This document shows, piece by piece, positions 11,701 to 23,809 of a stretch of 54,440 nt of DNA; position 1 is the first letter of the stretch, and each line of letters begins with the position of its first letter. Under the pieces are notes generated by a model. It did not search any database, was not told where the DNA came from, and saw nothing but the letters and a program-made list of their open reading frames with translations. The stretch spans positions 54,442,746-54,497,185 of the forward strand of contig NC_068999.1 of assembly GCF_001194135.2 (NCBI RefSeq), written 5' to 3'. This DNA comes from Octopus bimaculoides. Lineage: Eukaryota. The translations under genes and the position numbers were made by a program.

Positions 11701-12629
11701 TAGGGTTAAGCTACAAAATATGAGTATCGTTCGTGTTTGCTTTCCAATTTTATTTTTAATGAAAACAAATAGCGAGTTGATGACAATTATTAATATAAAT
11801 GCCCACATCACTTCTAGAAGCAAAAATATAGTTCCAACAGAAATAGCAGTCACAAAAGATGGGCACAACAATTGTCTACATAAATGATGATGGTTTTGAG
11901 GTTCAAACCTTAATTTTACATTTTGATCTAATAGAAGAATTTCGGTTTTGTGTCTGGTTTGCAAGATTCTTTGTGTGTTGAAACAAATTTTATTGTGGAA
12001 TTGAACCAGTGCATGTGTTAATAATATTAACATAATGACTCTCCCTAGATACAGCAAAATGGAAGAATTTATTCCAGAGAAATTTCAAAATAAATAAAAT
12101 GCCTTCTGAATATTTTATGTGCTCAATGTAGAACATAAAATTTGATTACTTCCTAAAAACCTATTTTAGTTGTTAGGTTACTACTGTTCAACTTAACATA
12201 TTTCCTTGCAAACTAGACACAATATATCATTTAGTCATTGTTGGTAACCTATAAATTGGAGGCCATCTAAATTTGGATATAACCTGTTGTGTGTGTATGT
12301 TTGTTTTTTTTTCCTCTCCTTTCTCTCTTCCTGAAGTTCAATACTTTACATAGCAATTTACTAATTGCAGGTTTCTCAAATATATTTTCAAATGTAGAAG
12401 AAAGGTTTGATGATTTGAATGATGTTAGGTAGAAACGTTTAGAATCATTAATCCAAATAAATTCCCTTGTCTTAGAAGACCAACTTTTATTTTTTTAATT
12501 GCATTTGTTTAGAATAATTCCTAGAGATTGGTAAGTTTTGATTAACTTTGCTGAGGTTCAGTAATATTTGATAGAATTGATTATTGTGATATATAACATG
12601 TCTTGATAATTCCTATTATTATTACTCAA

Positions 12630-12830
12630 GACAGTGAGCTGTTAGCATGCTGGACAAAAAGTACTAAGTAGTATTTTGCTAGTCTTTGTTTTGAGCTCAA
12701 ATTCCACTGAGTTTGACTTGGCCTTTCATCCTTCCAGAGTCAATAGGTACCAGTCGAGTTCTGAAGATGATGTATTCGACTTCCCCTTCTCTTTAACTGC
12801 AGGCCTTGTGCCAAAATTTGAAACCCCTGT
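12630..12830 (+). mobile_element. tRNA-derived SINE remnant (gagttcaaattcc...ttgcctttcatcc family)
   Basis: B-box-like GAGYTCAAATTCC followed by GCCTTTCATCC; related copies at about 3700-4120, 27740-27830, 38960-39180, 45240-45310 and 49540-49660. Confidence 0.6.
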
Positions 12831-12855
12831 AAATACTCAATATGTATTTTTACAG

Positions 12856-12988
12856 AGCAATTGGGATGAAGTTGTTGAAACTTTTGATGATATGAACTTA
12901 AGAGAAGCCCTACTTCGTGGTATCTATGCTTATGGTTTTGAAAAGCCTTCACTCATTCAACAAAGAGCCATTGTTCCTTGTATTAGAG
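12856..12988 (+). CDS. EIF4A: eIF4A exon 3 ([13 protein letters not shown]...[14 protein letters not shown] motif)
   Basis: Conserved Q-motif peptide; AG/GT boundaries, phase 0 to 1. Confidence 0.97.
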
Positions 12989-13410
12989 GTAAGTTCCAAT
13001 TTTTCATAGTTTTTAGCTGTATTAGTTATAAAGAACTTCTAAAGTTTTTTTCATGTTATCTGTTGTCTGGAAAATTAAAGATAAAAGCTGAGATATTGTT
13101 TTATACATAGATGTCTCGATGTATTTTCATTTCAGTTGGTTTATATTTTTGAGTTTTAATCTAATAAAAATTTAAGATATGTGAATGCCATCAAGAGTAA
13201 GACATTTAATCTCTACTTATCTTTGGGACTATTGCATCCTTTCTATGGGAAGTAAAACCTCTTGCTTAAAAAAGATTTCGTACAACCATTATTCTTTAGG
13301 AGCATATCAGCTTGACTCAAATTTAACAAGAAACCAGATAAAATGAAATTCATTGTCCTCAACATAAAATTGATATTTTACTTTTTAAATTCAAATAGTA
13401 CTTTCTTTAA

Positions 13411-13624
13411 CCCTTTAGCATTCAGATTACTCTGTCAAATGCAATGCTTATTAACTCCTATTGTTTTGAATTAAACATGCATTATCTTGGAGCTTCAAGA
13501 TTTCAATGATATAATTATTTATTCTTAAGATTGACATAGGTTTGGTGTGAGAGGCTGGATCTGGCAAATTTGAATATAAAACAGAATATTTCAGCTGGAT
13601 ATGGTTGGTTTAAATGCTAATGGG
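13411..13624 (+). mobile_element. piggyBac-type MITE
   Basis: TTAA-ccctttagcatt ... aatgctaatggg-TTAA terminal inverted repeats with TTAA target duplication. Confidence 0.85.
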
Positions 13625-15629
13625 TTAAATCTCCCAGTCATATTGGGAATCAGATTTTGATGAAATGCAGTTCAGTTTAAAAATCATGAAAATATAACTA
13701 TTGCATGAATTTTGATACCATGAAGATTGGTGTTTTATTACTTTCACCTGGCCAGGTAGATTGAATAATGGTAAGTTAATTACACAGGTGTTTTCGCATG
13801 TTTAATATATATTGAATCCTGGGCATCAATTTCCAGACTTGGAGTTTAGTGTTTGTACCTTTGAAAGCTGTGTAACTATCAGTAAAAGCACTGTGCAATA
13901 TGCCCTATATCTCTTTCATTGCTGCAATGTAGGTGGCATTGCTCTGTTGATACTCATACTTTGTGATCTCTATACTATCCTGTCAAATTTCTTTCAGAGA
14001 AAAATTGTTAAAAAAAAAAAAAAAGACACATGCTTCAAATGTTTAAAAGGGTTCACATGACTGACAACATTGATGCAATGATCAATTGCATAACTCCACT
14101 CTTGTTCAGAATTGATAAGTGTTGATAGCTAGTGTGTACAGCTGACACTGAAATATCATTTATCTAATATCCATTTCTAGTTGCTTTTATGGGTCAGACA
14201 GTTTGTCTGACCCATGCAGACCTTATGGTTTGAAAGCCTTTCAGTGTCACCAACTGTCATCTGTTTCCAAGGAAGGTAATATCTCCCCATGGCTGGACAT
14301 ATTTTCAGTTTGGAAATGAACGGCACCATTCATATCACAGTGGTGCTCATTTACAACAATCATATGATGTCAGCACAAGGAGACTATTGCTTCTTTTTGT
14401 TTCTGTCTATCAAATCCACTCACAAGGCTCAAGATTGTAGTAGAATTTCTTTGAGTCCATGATCTCCTTCTTTAATTTAATCATTAATAAATATCAATGA
14501 ATTCTAACTCCCTATTTGATGAATTCTCTTCCCTGATGCTCAAAAGTCAAGGAAAATCCCAAGAAATGCATTTGATAAAGCTATAAAAAAAAAGTGCACA
14601 TTTTATTAAAATGTGACTAAATTTTTGTTTCTCACACAGAGGAACACTTAGTTTCTTTTTTTCTTTTTAAGCCTCAGACAACAACAGTATTTTGAACTGT
14701 GTTTGTGGTACTGGTCTAAGTTATTGAACAATTTAATATATTGCCATACCAACTTTCAGATAGTTGATATAGAGCAATTTAATGTGTCACCTTGCTTAGT
14801 TTATTATACATAGGCTATCTGTTGTATAAATATTTTAACTTTATATACAGGAAGTCTATTGATTCAACTATCAATATAGATCGACTAGGTTTATAATAAC
14901 CAATTTAACTGTTGGGGCTAATATCAGTATTAATCCTCTTATAATAGGATAGGATTAAGTCAGAAGTGTGCTTTATTAGCTCAATACTTTAATATAAGCT
15001 GTGTTGATCAACTAATATATAAATTTGATCTTAACCACAGTTGTTTGTTCTTAATTTGATTTTAAAAATGAAATGATTAAAGTGAAATCCTAAAACCTGT
15101 TACTGTCTTTAGGAGTCATCATAGAGCAGAGACATGCATTTGTGTGTGAGCTGCCGTTTCCCTTCAAGATGTAGATTGCTGTTATATAGAAAGGTGATAC
15201 ACATTTTTTCTCATTAGATGTGTTTTCAATGAAATGGCTGGTTAGAAATGATAGTCTTCTCAAAAAACTTCATTTATGAATCAAAGGTGCTAACTAGTGA
15301 TAGGCCCAATTTTAAGCCTATCAATGTAGTTGTGGGTACTGTCCCTCCTTTGCTGAGATCAGGTTGTTGAAATAAAATATGACCTGTCTCTATTTGGCAT
15401 CCATTTCTGACAGGATAGTTTTATCAGCGGGTGTAACTATTTTCTTAGCCAGATGATGCCTTCTTCCTAACATTAAGCACTCTACTATGAAGTGTGAGTG
15501 GTGCTTGTTAAAAATTCAGTCATGACAGTCTTGAATGAATTCAAGAGAACACAAATTACACTAGCAAAATTTGAACTAGGATCATGCTGTCAGTTGTAAC
15601 TGACCACATGATCCTACTTCATGTAATTC

Positions 15630-15826
15630 TGTAGCATTTAAACTGGCCATAATAGTGTGTTTTATGTTCAAACTAGCTAGATCTGGTCCCTTGTATCAAC
15701 CCTAGAATGTCATTTAAAAAAAAAAGACACACACCCCATCAAAATCTCAGAGGAACAAGATAATGCATGATTAATTTAAAACTGAATAAATATTACATTC
15801 AACAGAGTAATCTGACTTCTAAAGGG
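15630..15826 (-). mobile_element. piggyBac-type MITE, same family
   Basis: Ends ctaaaggg-TTAA; reverse-orientation match to 13411-13624. Confidence 0.7.
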
Positions 15827-16127
15827 TTAAATTGTAAATTGAGTGAAGCTAATAATTGAGACATTAGAATGTGTTTCATGTATGTTATAGTTTTGGGTTA
15901 ATATGGAATCCAATGAAATGATGTGCATGTAGACATGTTACCATTTGAAATGGAATTTGTTTTTAATGTTTCTTCCCAATGTATTCAAAAATTAAACTAG
16001 TTACCACATGAAAGTATTTACGGCTTAATTATTTCTTACTCAATTGTGATAATTAGTTAAAATTTGTATAGGTGTCCAATAATTCTATTAATTATATATT
16101 GTATGTTTGCATTCCTCTCTACTTCAG

Positions 16128-16267
16128 GACTAGATGTAATTGCACAGGCCCAATCAGGTACTGGCAAAACAGCAACCTTTTCTATTGCACTTCTGCAGAA
16201 GCTTGATATGTGTACGAAAGAATGTCAAGCCCTTGTGCTCGCCCCAACAAGAGAATTGGCTCAGCAG
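16128..16267 (+). CDS. EIF4A: eIF4A exon 4 (AQSGTGKT Walker [10 protein letters not shown])
   Basis: Motifs I and Ia; phase 1 to 0. Confidence 0.97.
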
Positions 16268-17619
16268 GTAGTGTTATTTTTTGTATATATAAAAGAAACT
16301 ACGTTTACTTTTTACCTTTTACTACATAAAATTTAGATATTTACTTAGAGATGTTTTTTTACTGATGGATGTTGGCCTTATTCACCTATGGAATAAGATA
16401 CAGACACCTTGAACTAAGCACAGTTGCTTTGTCCAAGGACATGATACAATAGGTGTAGTAATATTGGAACTGATGTCCAGCACCTGAACTTCATGCATAT
16501 TGTGCCATATATCTCTGTGAAGTCCAATTAAATTAGATCTATCCATTTTTATAGTATTATGTTTGGAGTTTTGATCTTCTTTCTTTTCTAACAAGCTGGC
16601 TTGATTCTCAAAATTTAAGTGTATTCAGTACATTTAATATTGAGATAATGTACTGCATTGTTATGTCTCATTTTAAAAGCTTGGATTCAGCAAAAGAGCA
16701 TTTCTATGTCTGCTTTCGCATGCTGACATGAATTACATAAGTTATTGTCAACGCAGTCTTTCTCCACGTGGTCCTTCGTTGTCTCCTTTGCAAAATTCAG
16801 CATCTTTTGGCCAGCTTTCATCACTGCTGCTTATGTCTTCAAACCCTCCTTCGCTTTAGATTCCTCTTTTGCTTCATTTCAAACTTTTTTCCCAACCACA
16901 TCACATTCACATACCAATCCTGTTTCTAGCACCCAACAGTAAATAACTCTCATGAGATTTTTTTTGTCTTTCTAAGGACCCTTGTTTGTCAAGAGACACC
17001 TTTACACATCTATTGCAGCATGGTTGTCTCATGTTGCTAACAACCAACATCACACTTTGTGCACGAGCATCGTATAGTGTACTCTCTTTTCGAAGAGAGA
17101 AATCTTTTGCTTTCGATCTATTACATATGAAGGGCTTCTTTGTCAGCTTATCTGAAACCCCATTGCATCTTTTAAGACAATTTGCACTGCTGTTATATTA
17201 TAAAGTTTTACTTACTCCCTTTCTGTATTTTGAGCAAGGCCTCCTCACTGCCGTTAACCCTTTTGTTACTGTATTTGGTTTGAGATGCTCTGTGATTGTT
17301 TCAGTTAACTTAGCTATCATTAAGCTGGTGTTAGGAACATAAATTGTGACTAAGGTTTGGTGGAAGATTTTAATTCAGAACTTTAGTAAACCAGACATTT
17401 GTACTACAGAGCTAGAGGCAGTTTCAGACGGGTTGGTATCAAAAGGGTTCTAGCCAGTTTCTGCCTGTTAGTTTCCACATGTGTTAAACTGAGCTGCAGT
17501 TTTTAGTTCTCAACTCTGCTTCCATAATTGAGCCCTTTCTTTTTAATTGCTAGTGTAAGAATTCCTGTGGACGCCTAGTTTTGTACTCCTCTTTTACACT
17601 TCAGAGTGGTCTATAATAC

Positions 17620-17790
17620 ATACCTGTGCCATGTAAATAGCACTCCTATTGAGTGGCATGTAAAAAGCACCTAGTACACTCTGTAGAGTGGTTGGCATTA
17701 GGAAGGGCATCCAGCTGTAAAAACCATGCTAAAACAGGTAATTGGAGCCTGAGAAGCCCTCCAGCTGCCAGCATGCAAAACAGTTCAAAT
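17620..17790 (+). mobile_element. SINE-like repeat
   Basis: gtaaaaagcac...gagtggttggcattaggaagggcatccagctgta family. Confidence 0.75.
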
Positions 17791-18049
17791 GGAGTGAAAA
17801 TTGAGGTCTTGTCCTAATTGCATAGTTGAGCTTCTCAAGAATTCTTTGCTCAGGACCCCACCCGGCACTGAAGAGGAAAAGTCCCTTAATTGTGTTGTGA
17901 GTAATTTGCTTTACTGACAGATCACCAGGACACACTTGGATGTGTCATAAGAAGCCATTCCTCTACCTATGGCTTACCACCGTACTGCACAGTTTGCTTA
18001 TCAAAAACTTATTGAGTATCAGGTATAATGGTTTTTAGCTCTTTTACTT

Positions 18050-18425
18050 GTTTCAGTCATTTGACTGCGGCTATGCTGGAGCACCACCTTTAGTCGAGCA
18101 AATCGACCCCGGGACTTATTCTTTGTAAACCTAGTACTTATTCTATCGGTCTCTTTTGCCGAACCGCTGAGTGACGGGGACGTAAACACACCAACATGGG
18201 TTGTCAAGCAATGCTAGGGACACACACACACACGTATATATATATATATATACACACACATATATACGACGGGCTTCTTTCAGTTTCCGTCTACCAAATC
18301 CACTGACAAGGCTTTGGTTGGCCCAAGGCTATAGTAGAAGACACTTGCCCAAGATGCCACGCAGTGAGACTGAACCCGGAACCATGTGGTTGGTAAGCAA
18401 GCTACTTACCACACAGCCACTCTTG
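18050..18425 (-). mobile_element. Octopus-type tRNA-derived SINE with TA/CA microsatellite core, low divergence
   Basis: Minus strand begins gtggctgtgtggtaag...ggttccgggttcagtc (A/B box-like); homologues at 28420-28740, 38580-38740, 41100-41250 and 42060-42210. Confidence 0.85.
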
Positions 18426-19129
18426 TGGTTTACTCTCTTCAGTGAGGATATCAGTGGTTCCACATCTATGATTTTGTATACACTTTCTACAGCAATGTCT
18501 TTGCACTGATGCCGCTATGTAAATGGAATGCTTCTGATTAAGAGTGACTTCCATCACCAATTAAGAAGTGTGAGTAGATTTAGTATTGGTTGCTTGTTTG
18601 ATGTAACTTTATCTACAGAGTTCATGACTGCTTCAGCATCAAGTCACTACTCCTACTGTGCTGACATCACTTTCACACTCAATCTCACAGATGGTAGATG
18701 GATTGTTTGTACACTTGAGAAATCTGTGTTCCTTGATTTACTTATTACCTTATTGTTCACTTTACCTTATGCCGACTTTCTGTGGCAGTTATGAAAAGCT
18801 ATTGAGACCAAACACCCAGGAAAACTGACAAAGGGGGCCTTATTTCATCAGGACAATCCTCCAGTGCACAAGTACTTGCTTTGGTTTCAATGGCTGCTGT
18901 GTGTGACTGTGGCTTTGAATTGGTTGATTTCCCCTCTCTCCTCCCCCCATTCTCCTGATTCGCTCTATCTGTCTATCACCTGTTCCCCAAGTGATTCCTT
19001 CCTTACATTTTGCTGCCAAACTAACATTTCAGGCACTCTATTAATTGTACTATCCTCCTGATCTGTGTTCACTGACTCTTCTACAAATATATCAATATTA
19101 GAGCTTATTCTGTTTTTCTGTTCTCTGAT

Positions 19130-19401
19130 GTCATTTCGATAACAAAGGTAAAATATTAAGAGGAATCGATACCACTGTTCTCTAACTATGCCCAGTAAGG
19201 CAGGACGGGAGTATTGGTTCAATGATTGTTGTATTAGCATCCTTGTACACTGTTATAAAGACGAGATGCCTTAGAAATAACTAGACATTTGAGGGACGAA
19301 ATCATGGAAATAACAGAGAGATCCACCTTAGACGAGATGGGTTGAGTTTTCTGCCAGGATATAGAACTAATATAAAGGAATTTCATCCTTATTAGACAAG
19401 C
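19130..19401 (+). ncRNA. Candidate structured intronic RNA, copy 1 (sno/scaRNA-like, family unassigned)
   Basis: Paralogous to 19706-19987; invariant 31- and 32-nt blocks; several hairpins with pairing-preserving differences; ACA at 19396-19398. Confidence 0.55.
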
Positions 19402-19482
19402 AAATGTCTGTTATTTCACAGCTAAATGTAACATCATATATTTCCAGAAGATTTTACTTGTGATATTTTTTCATAATTTCAG

Positions 19483-19648
19483 ATTCGTAAAGTTGTACTT
19501 GCTCTAGGAGACTATATGGAAGCACAATGTCATGCTTGTATAGGAGGTACAGATGTCCGTGATGACAAGATACGTCTCAACCAAGGTGTGCATATAATTG
19601 TAGGAACACCAGGCCGTGTTCAAGACATGATTACTCGGAACTTTTTAA
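19483..19648 (+). CDS. EIF4A: eIF4A exon 5 ([12 protein letters not shown]...CIGG...GTPGRV)
   Basis: GG doublet and motif Ib; phase 0 to 1, gtaagt donor. Confidence 0.97.
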
Positions 19649-19705
19649 GTAAGTATGTTGTGTTGTTTCATCTGCTCTTGATAGAAAGTAATGGATTAGC
19701 TGTCA

Positions 19706-19987
19706 GTCATTTTGATAACAAGGTGAAATATTAAGAGGAATCGATACCACTGTTCTTTAACTATGCCCAGTAATGCTGGACAGGGGTACTGTCTTGATGA
19801 TTGTTGTAGTAGCATACTCATGCACTGTTATAAAGGCAGAAGACATGCCTTAGAAATAACTAGACATTTGAGGGACCAAATCATAGAGGTGACAGTAAAG
19901 CTAAACAGAAAGAACTACCTTAGATGAGATGGCCTGGGTTCTCTGCCAGGATGTGGAACTAATACCTTCTAAAATCCAATTACAAGA
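19706..19987 (+). ncRNA. Candidate structured intronic RNA, copy 2
   Basis: See copy 1; ACA at 19982-19984 after the same GGAT/ATCC terminal hairpin. Confidence 0.55.
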
Positions 19988-20818
19988 TAACCTTTTAGCG
20001 GCAAAGAATACACTTCATACTTGATGATTTGGAGACCTTTGGCAGGCAAGCAGGTACTGTAATATAGCTGCTTAAAAAACTTGGAAGAAGTAAGGCTTTA
20101 TTACATGCTCATCATTTTGTTTTCCCATGTGTGCATTCACTGGACTAGTTAATGGGTAAAAATCACATGTTTTGGTAATAGTATATTCTTAAAATAAGCA
20201 CATGGAGAGCTGTATGATTAAGTTCATTTTGCAACCATGTGATTTCAGGTTCAATTCCTTTCTGGCAACTTGGAGAAGGGTTTTTTTTACTATAGTCCTG
20301 GGGTAATGAAAGTCTTACTAGCCAGAAACTGAAAGACTGTTCTATGTCTGCATGTTTGTGTCTTCATCTTGACACACATGCTAATTATAAACAAACATCA
20401 TCATCATCATACACGTAGTGGTGTTCATTTGTAATCTTCCATGAAGTCATGCCTAACCATTGTGCTATTCATGTTTGAAAAACATGGAGAAATGTTACCT
20501 TGAAGCCAGATGCAGTTTAGTGGCAAGAAGAGCTGCTAGCTGTAAAAATTCTACCTCAGTGAATTTCATTTGAATCATGCAATCATGGAAAACTGGATGC
20601 TAAAGGCTTTCATTTGATAAAGCTCTTGAAAGATTTATGTTTCTGAATGTATTTCCTGTGTGGTCAGTAGCTTAGGCAATAATGGAATTGTACCAAGTTT
20701 AACTGGTTTGTTTGAAGGGCTTTTATAGCTGAGTTGGTGGTAGCAGTGAGAAGCAGAAAGACTATTTGTCTTAACAATTTTGTAAATTAAAAACTATTTT
20801 AAAATTCTTTTATTTCAG

Positions 20819-20928
20819 AAACTGATAAAATCAAGTTATTTGTATTGGATGAAGCTGATGAGATGTTGTCTCGTGGTTTTAAAGATCAAATCTATAGTGT
20901 GTTCCGCTGTATGCCTGAGAACATTCAG
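20819..20928 (+). CDS. EIF4A: eIF4A exon 6 ([17 protein letters not shown])
   Basis: DEAD motif; phase 1 to 0. Confidence 0.97.
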
Positions 20929-21570
20929 GTAATATCATCCTTTAAAGTTTTGTCATGTGACAAGAGCTAAATGATTTTGGTGAATGTGACAGCTGTTACT
21001 GTTCTTTAGCCCTGGGCCAGCAAACTTCTAACCAGTCATTCCTTTCTCTCTTTGTTTATCCTCCTTTATGTAAGGCAGAAGATATAGTTTGAGGGAGAAC
21101 TTAGATGCTATTTCTACTAAGTGCAGTGGTTTTTAACTAGGGTCCACATAAGATTTTGATAAATAAATGGGTTATATTTCTACAATATGCAGAATATTGT
21201 AACAATTTTTTATAGACAATTCCTAGTAATATTTAATTATAAAAGTATGTTTTTTAACATGGTGGTTTTATTAGGGTAAAATAGGAATCAGTGGGGTCCG
21301 TAGGCAAAACATTGAGAATCACTGAGCGAGTGTATTGAATGATCATATAAAATCTTCATGGGTTTACCTATTGGAGTTTGAAGTAGAAGTAAAAATAATT
21401 TAAGTCTTGAAGTTATTGACACAAATCAATTTAAGGGCTGGTATGGCTAAAATTCATTAGTGGTGGTAATGTTAGGACATTCTTTACATAATGCAAGGTA
21501 AAAAAAGACTTAAAAACTTTATCAGCGGGGTAGATGGAATTCTCAAGGGAATTGGAGGGTTAAACATTAA

Positions 21571-21694
21571 CACTTGAGCGTTCAAATTAGTTTGTCAAAT
21601 TATCAGGTAGGTGTGAGAGGCCGAATTCATCTAGTTTGAGCATCAAACAGGTAGGATATTTTGGCCAGATATGGCTGAGTTAAAATCTAAAAGG
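21571..21694 (+). mobile_element. piggyBac-type MITE, internally deleted
   Basis: TTAA flanks and degenerate TIRs; internal match to the family. Confidence 0.65.
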
Positions 21695-21829
21695 TTAATG
21701 AACTCCTTCAGTGTTAAATGTGTTGGGCAGAATTGTGACTTTGCAGCAAGTGTTGTTTGTCGATTAACATGTTACATTCTATGCTCCTGGAGGGTCATTA
21801 ATTGATATCTCTGTTGTCCAAGCTGGCAT

Positions 21830-22100
21830 GGGTTGGATGGTTTGATTGAGCTGGCACACTAGAAGTCTGCACCAAACTCCACTCTGATTTGGCATGGTTT
21901 CTATGGCTGGATGCCCTTCCTAATGCCAACCACCCGAGAGAAATAGGTGCTTTTGTGTGCCACCAGCATAAGTGTCAATTTGCATAACAATTGTATCTGC
22001 CACGACTGATTTTGCTCAGCTTGATGGGTCTTCTTCTCAAACATAACATCATGCCAAACTCCTTGGTTGTTGCATCCATGAGGCCCAACACTCAAAAGGA
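21830..22100 (-). mobile_element. SINE-like repeat
   Basis: ctggatgcccttcctaatgccaaccac is the reverse complement of the 17620 family. Confidence 0.75.
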
Positions 22101-22721
22101 GAGCAAGAAAAGGCATTGTTGATTTGTCTGATTGATTGTCGGGCTATGTATAGATACAGAGTATTAATTTATTTGAAGCTAACACATCGTTTGTTACTGC
22201 TTGAAAATTTCTGTTGAAACTCTGGGTCTATTAAATGAAATGATAAACTCATGCATTGAATACTCTTTGTTTACATGCACACATACTTTTTTTTAAAAAT
22301 CTGTCTTTAAATGTTCGCATATGGGTCAGTGTAAGCATGCTGTTTTCTTAAGCTAATTTTTCATAAGGTTTCCTTGTTGCTCACTGATAATCCAATTTAT
22401 GGTGGTGAGACTTTTTTTAGATATATTTTGTGATTTTGCTCCACCAGCAAAACTATTTGAATAGTGTGGAATTTGAGTGCAGTCCATGCATGCAGCAGTA
22501 GTGGTAGAATATATTCTGAAATGGGGTTCATTATTTGGATAATGCCTTTCTTGAATTGATATGAAGAGTTCACTTGTGCTGTTTATGAAGAAAATCTTTT
22601 TCCATCAGGAGAGGAGACAGTGTCCATGACCCTCTACAGTTTCTGAGACTAGTGAGAAGGAAGGAGGAGTTGCCCTCAAACTGGGTACTAGATCCAAATG
22701 CTTGCAACCAAGTGGACTGAG

Positions 22722-22935
22722 CCTTTAGCATTTTATCCGGCCATATTCGGCCCAAATATTCTGTTTTATGTTCAAACTGGCCAGATCCAGTCTCTCACAC
22801 CTATCCGGCAATCGTTCTAGAAATAAACAACCACATCTTTTGAAATCTCAAAGCTATGAATTAATGCAGGATTGATTTTATAAAATGTGAATAAATGACT
22901 ATTATATTTGACAAAGTAATGTGAATGCTAAAGGG
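22722..22935 (-). mobile_element. piggyBac-type MITE
   Basis: cctttagcatt ... aatgctaaaggg TIRs; inverted relative to the 13411 copy. Confidence 0.75.
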
Positions 22936-23134
22936 TTGATAAAAGCCAAGTGGCAGTAAAAACGAAGTTGACTTTTTGGATTTGGATTTTGAGTGCCATA
23001 GTGCCAGTGCAAATACAGTGAGACATTCTCTGATCTTACCTGTATTTTGCAATTGCTTATTTACCCCAAAATTAAATTTAGAAGTGTCAAATGTTGACAA
23101 TCTTTGAACTGTCTTTTGTTCTGCTTTTCTTCAG

Positions 23135-23278
23135 GTACTTTTGTTATCAGCCACCATGCCTAAAGATGTCTTAGATGTCACAAAACAATTTATGAGAGAT
23201 CCTGTAAAAATTCTTGTGAAGAAGGAGGAACTTACTCTTGAAGGCATCAAACAATTTTACATTCAAGTAGAACGTGAA
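23135..23278 (+). CDS. EIF4A: eIF4A exon 7 (LLSATMP...[10 protein letters not shown])
   Basis: SAT motif III; 48 codons, phase 0 to 0. Confidence 0.97.
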
Positions 23279-23671
23279 GTAAGTGGTTTATTAAATTGAT
23301 CAAAATGACCGTTTTCATTGGAGAAACATAAAGCTGATGGGCTATTTTGTTACCATTATTTATTTTTTTTTTTTTTTGAAAAACACTGCTTTTATTTCAG
23401 TTAATTTTGAAAATTAGTAATTTAATTAAAATTACTTTATCCTTATTAAGCTGGTGCTTGGAATAAATATTAAATTTTGATTGATTTAAAATGTTGGTCA
23501 TAAATGGGTAATCCCATTCAATGATTTGAACTCTTCTGTATTAGACCCATGCATTCATATGGAATATTGCTGGAGTAGAAGTTGAAGTTGTCTTTATAAA
23601 ATTTAATCACGTGTGGTTATTCTGATGTTGCTAGTGATATATTTACTATATTTGTTGTTTTCTTTCTATAG

Positions 23672-23809
23672 GTGTGGAAGTTGGATACTTTATCAGATCT
23701 GTATGAGACCCTGACCATCACCCAGGCTGTCATATTCTGTAACACGCGCAGAAAGGTTGACTGGTTGACTACCAAAATGTTGGAAAGAGATTTTACTGTC
23801 TCTGCTATG
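23672..23809 (+). CDS. EIF4A: eIF4A exon 8 (WKLDTL...[10 protein letters not shown])
   Basis: Motif IV; 46 codons. Confidence 0.97.

Noticed and set aside
16745-17342. 105-118 aa ORFs in eIF4A intron 4
   Set aside because: No domain motif recognised; probably a decayed retroelement fragment, but I cannot support a call.
22325-22455. Two-hairpin H/ACA-like fold in intron 6
   Set aside because: No ANANNA in the hinge and no ACA.
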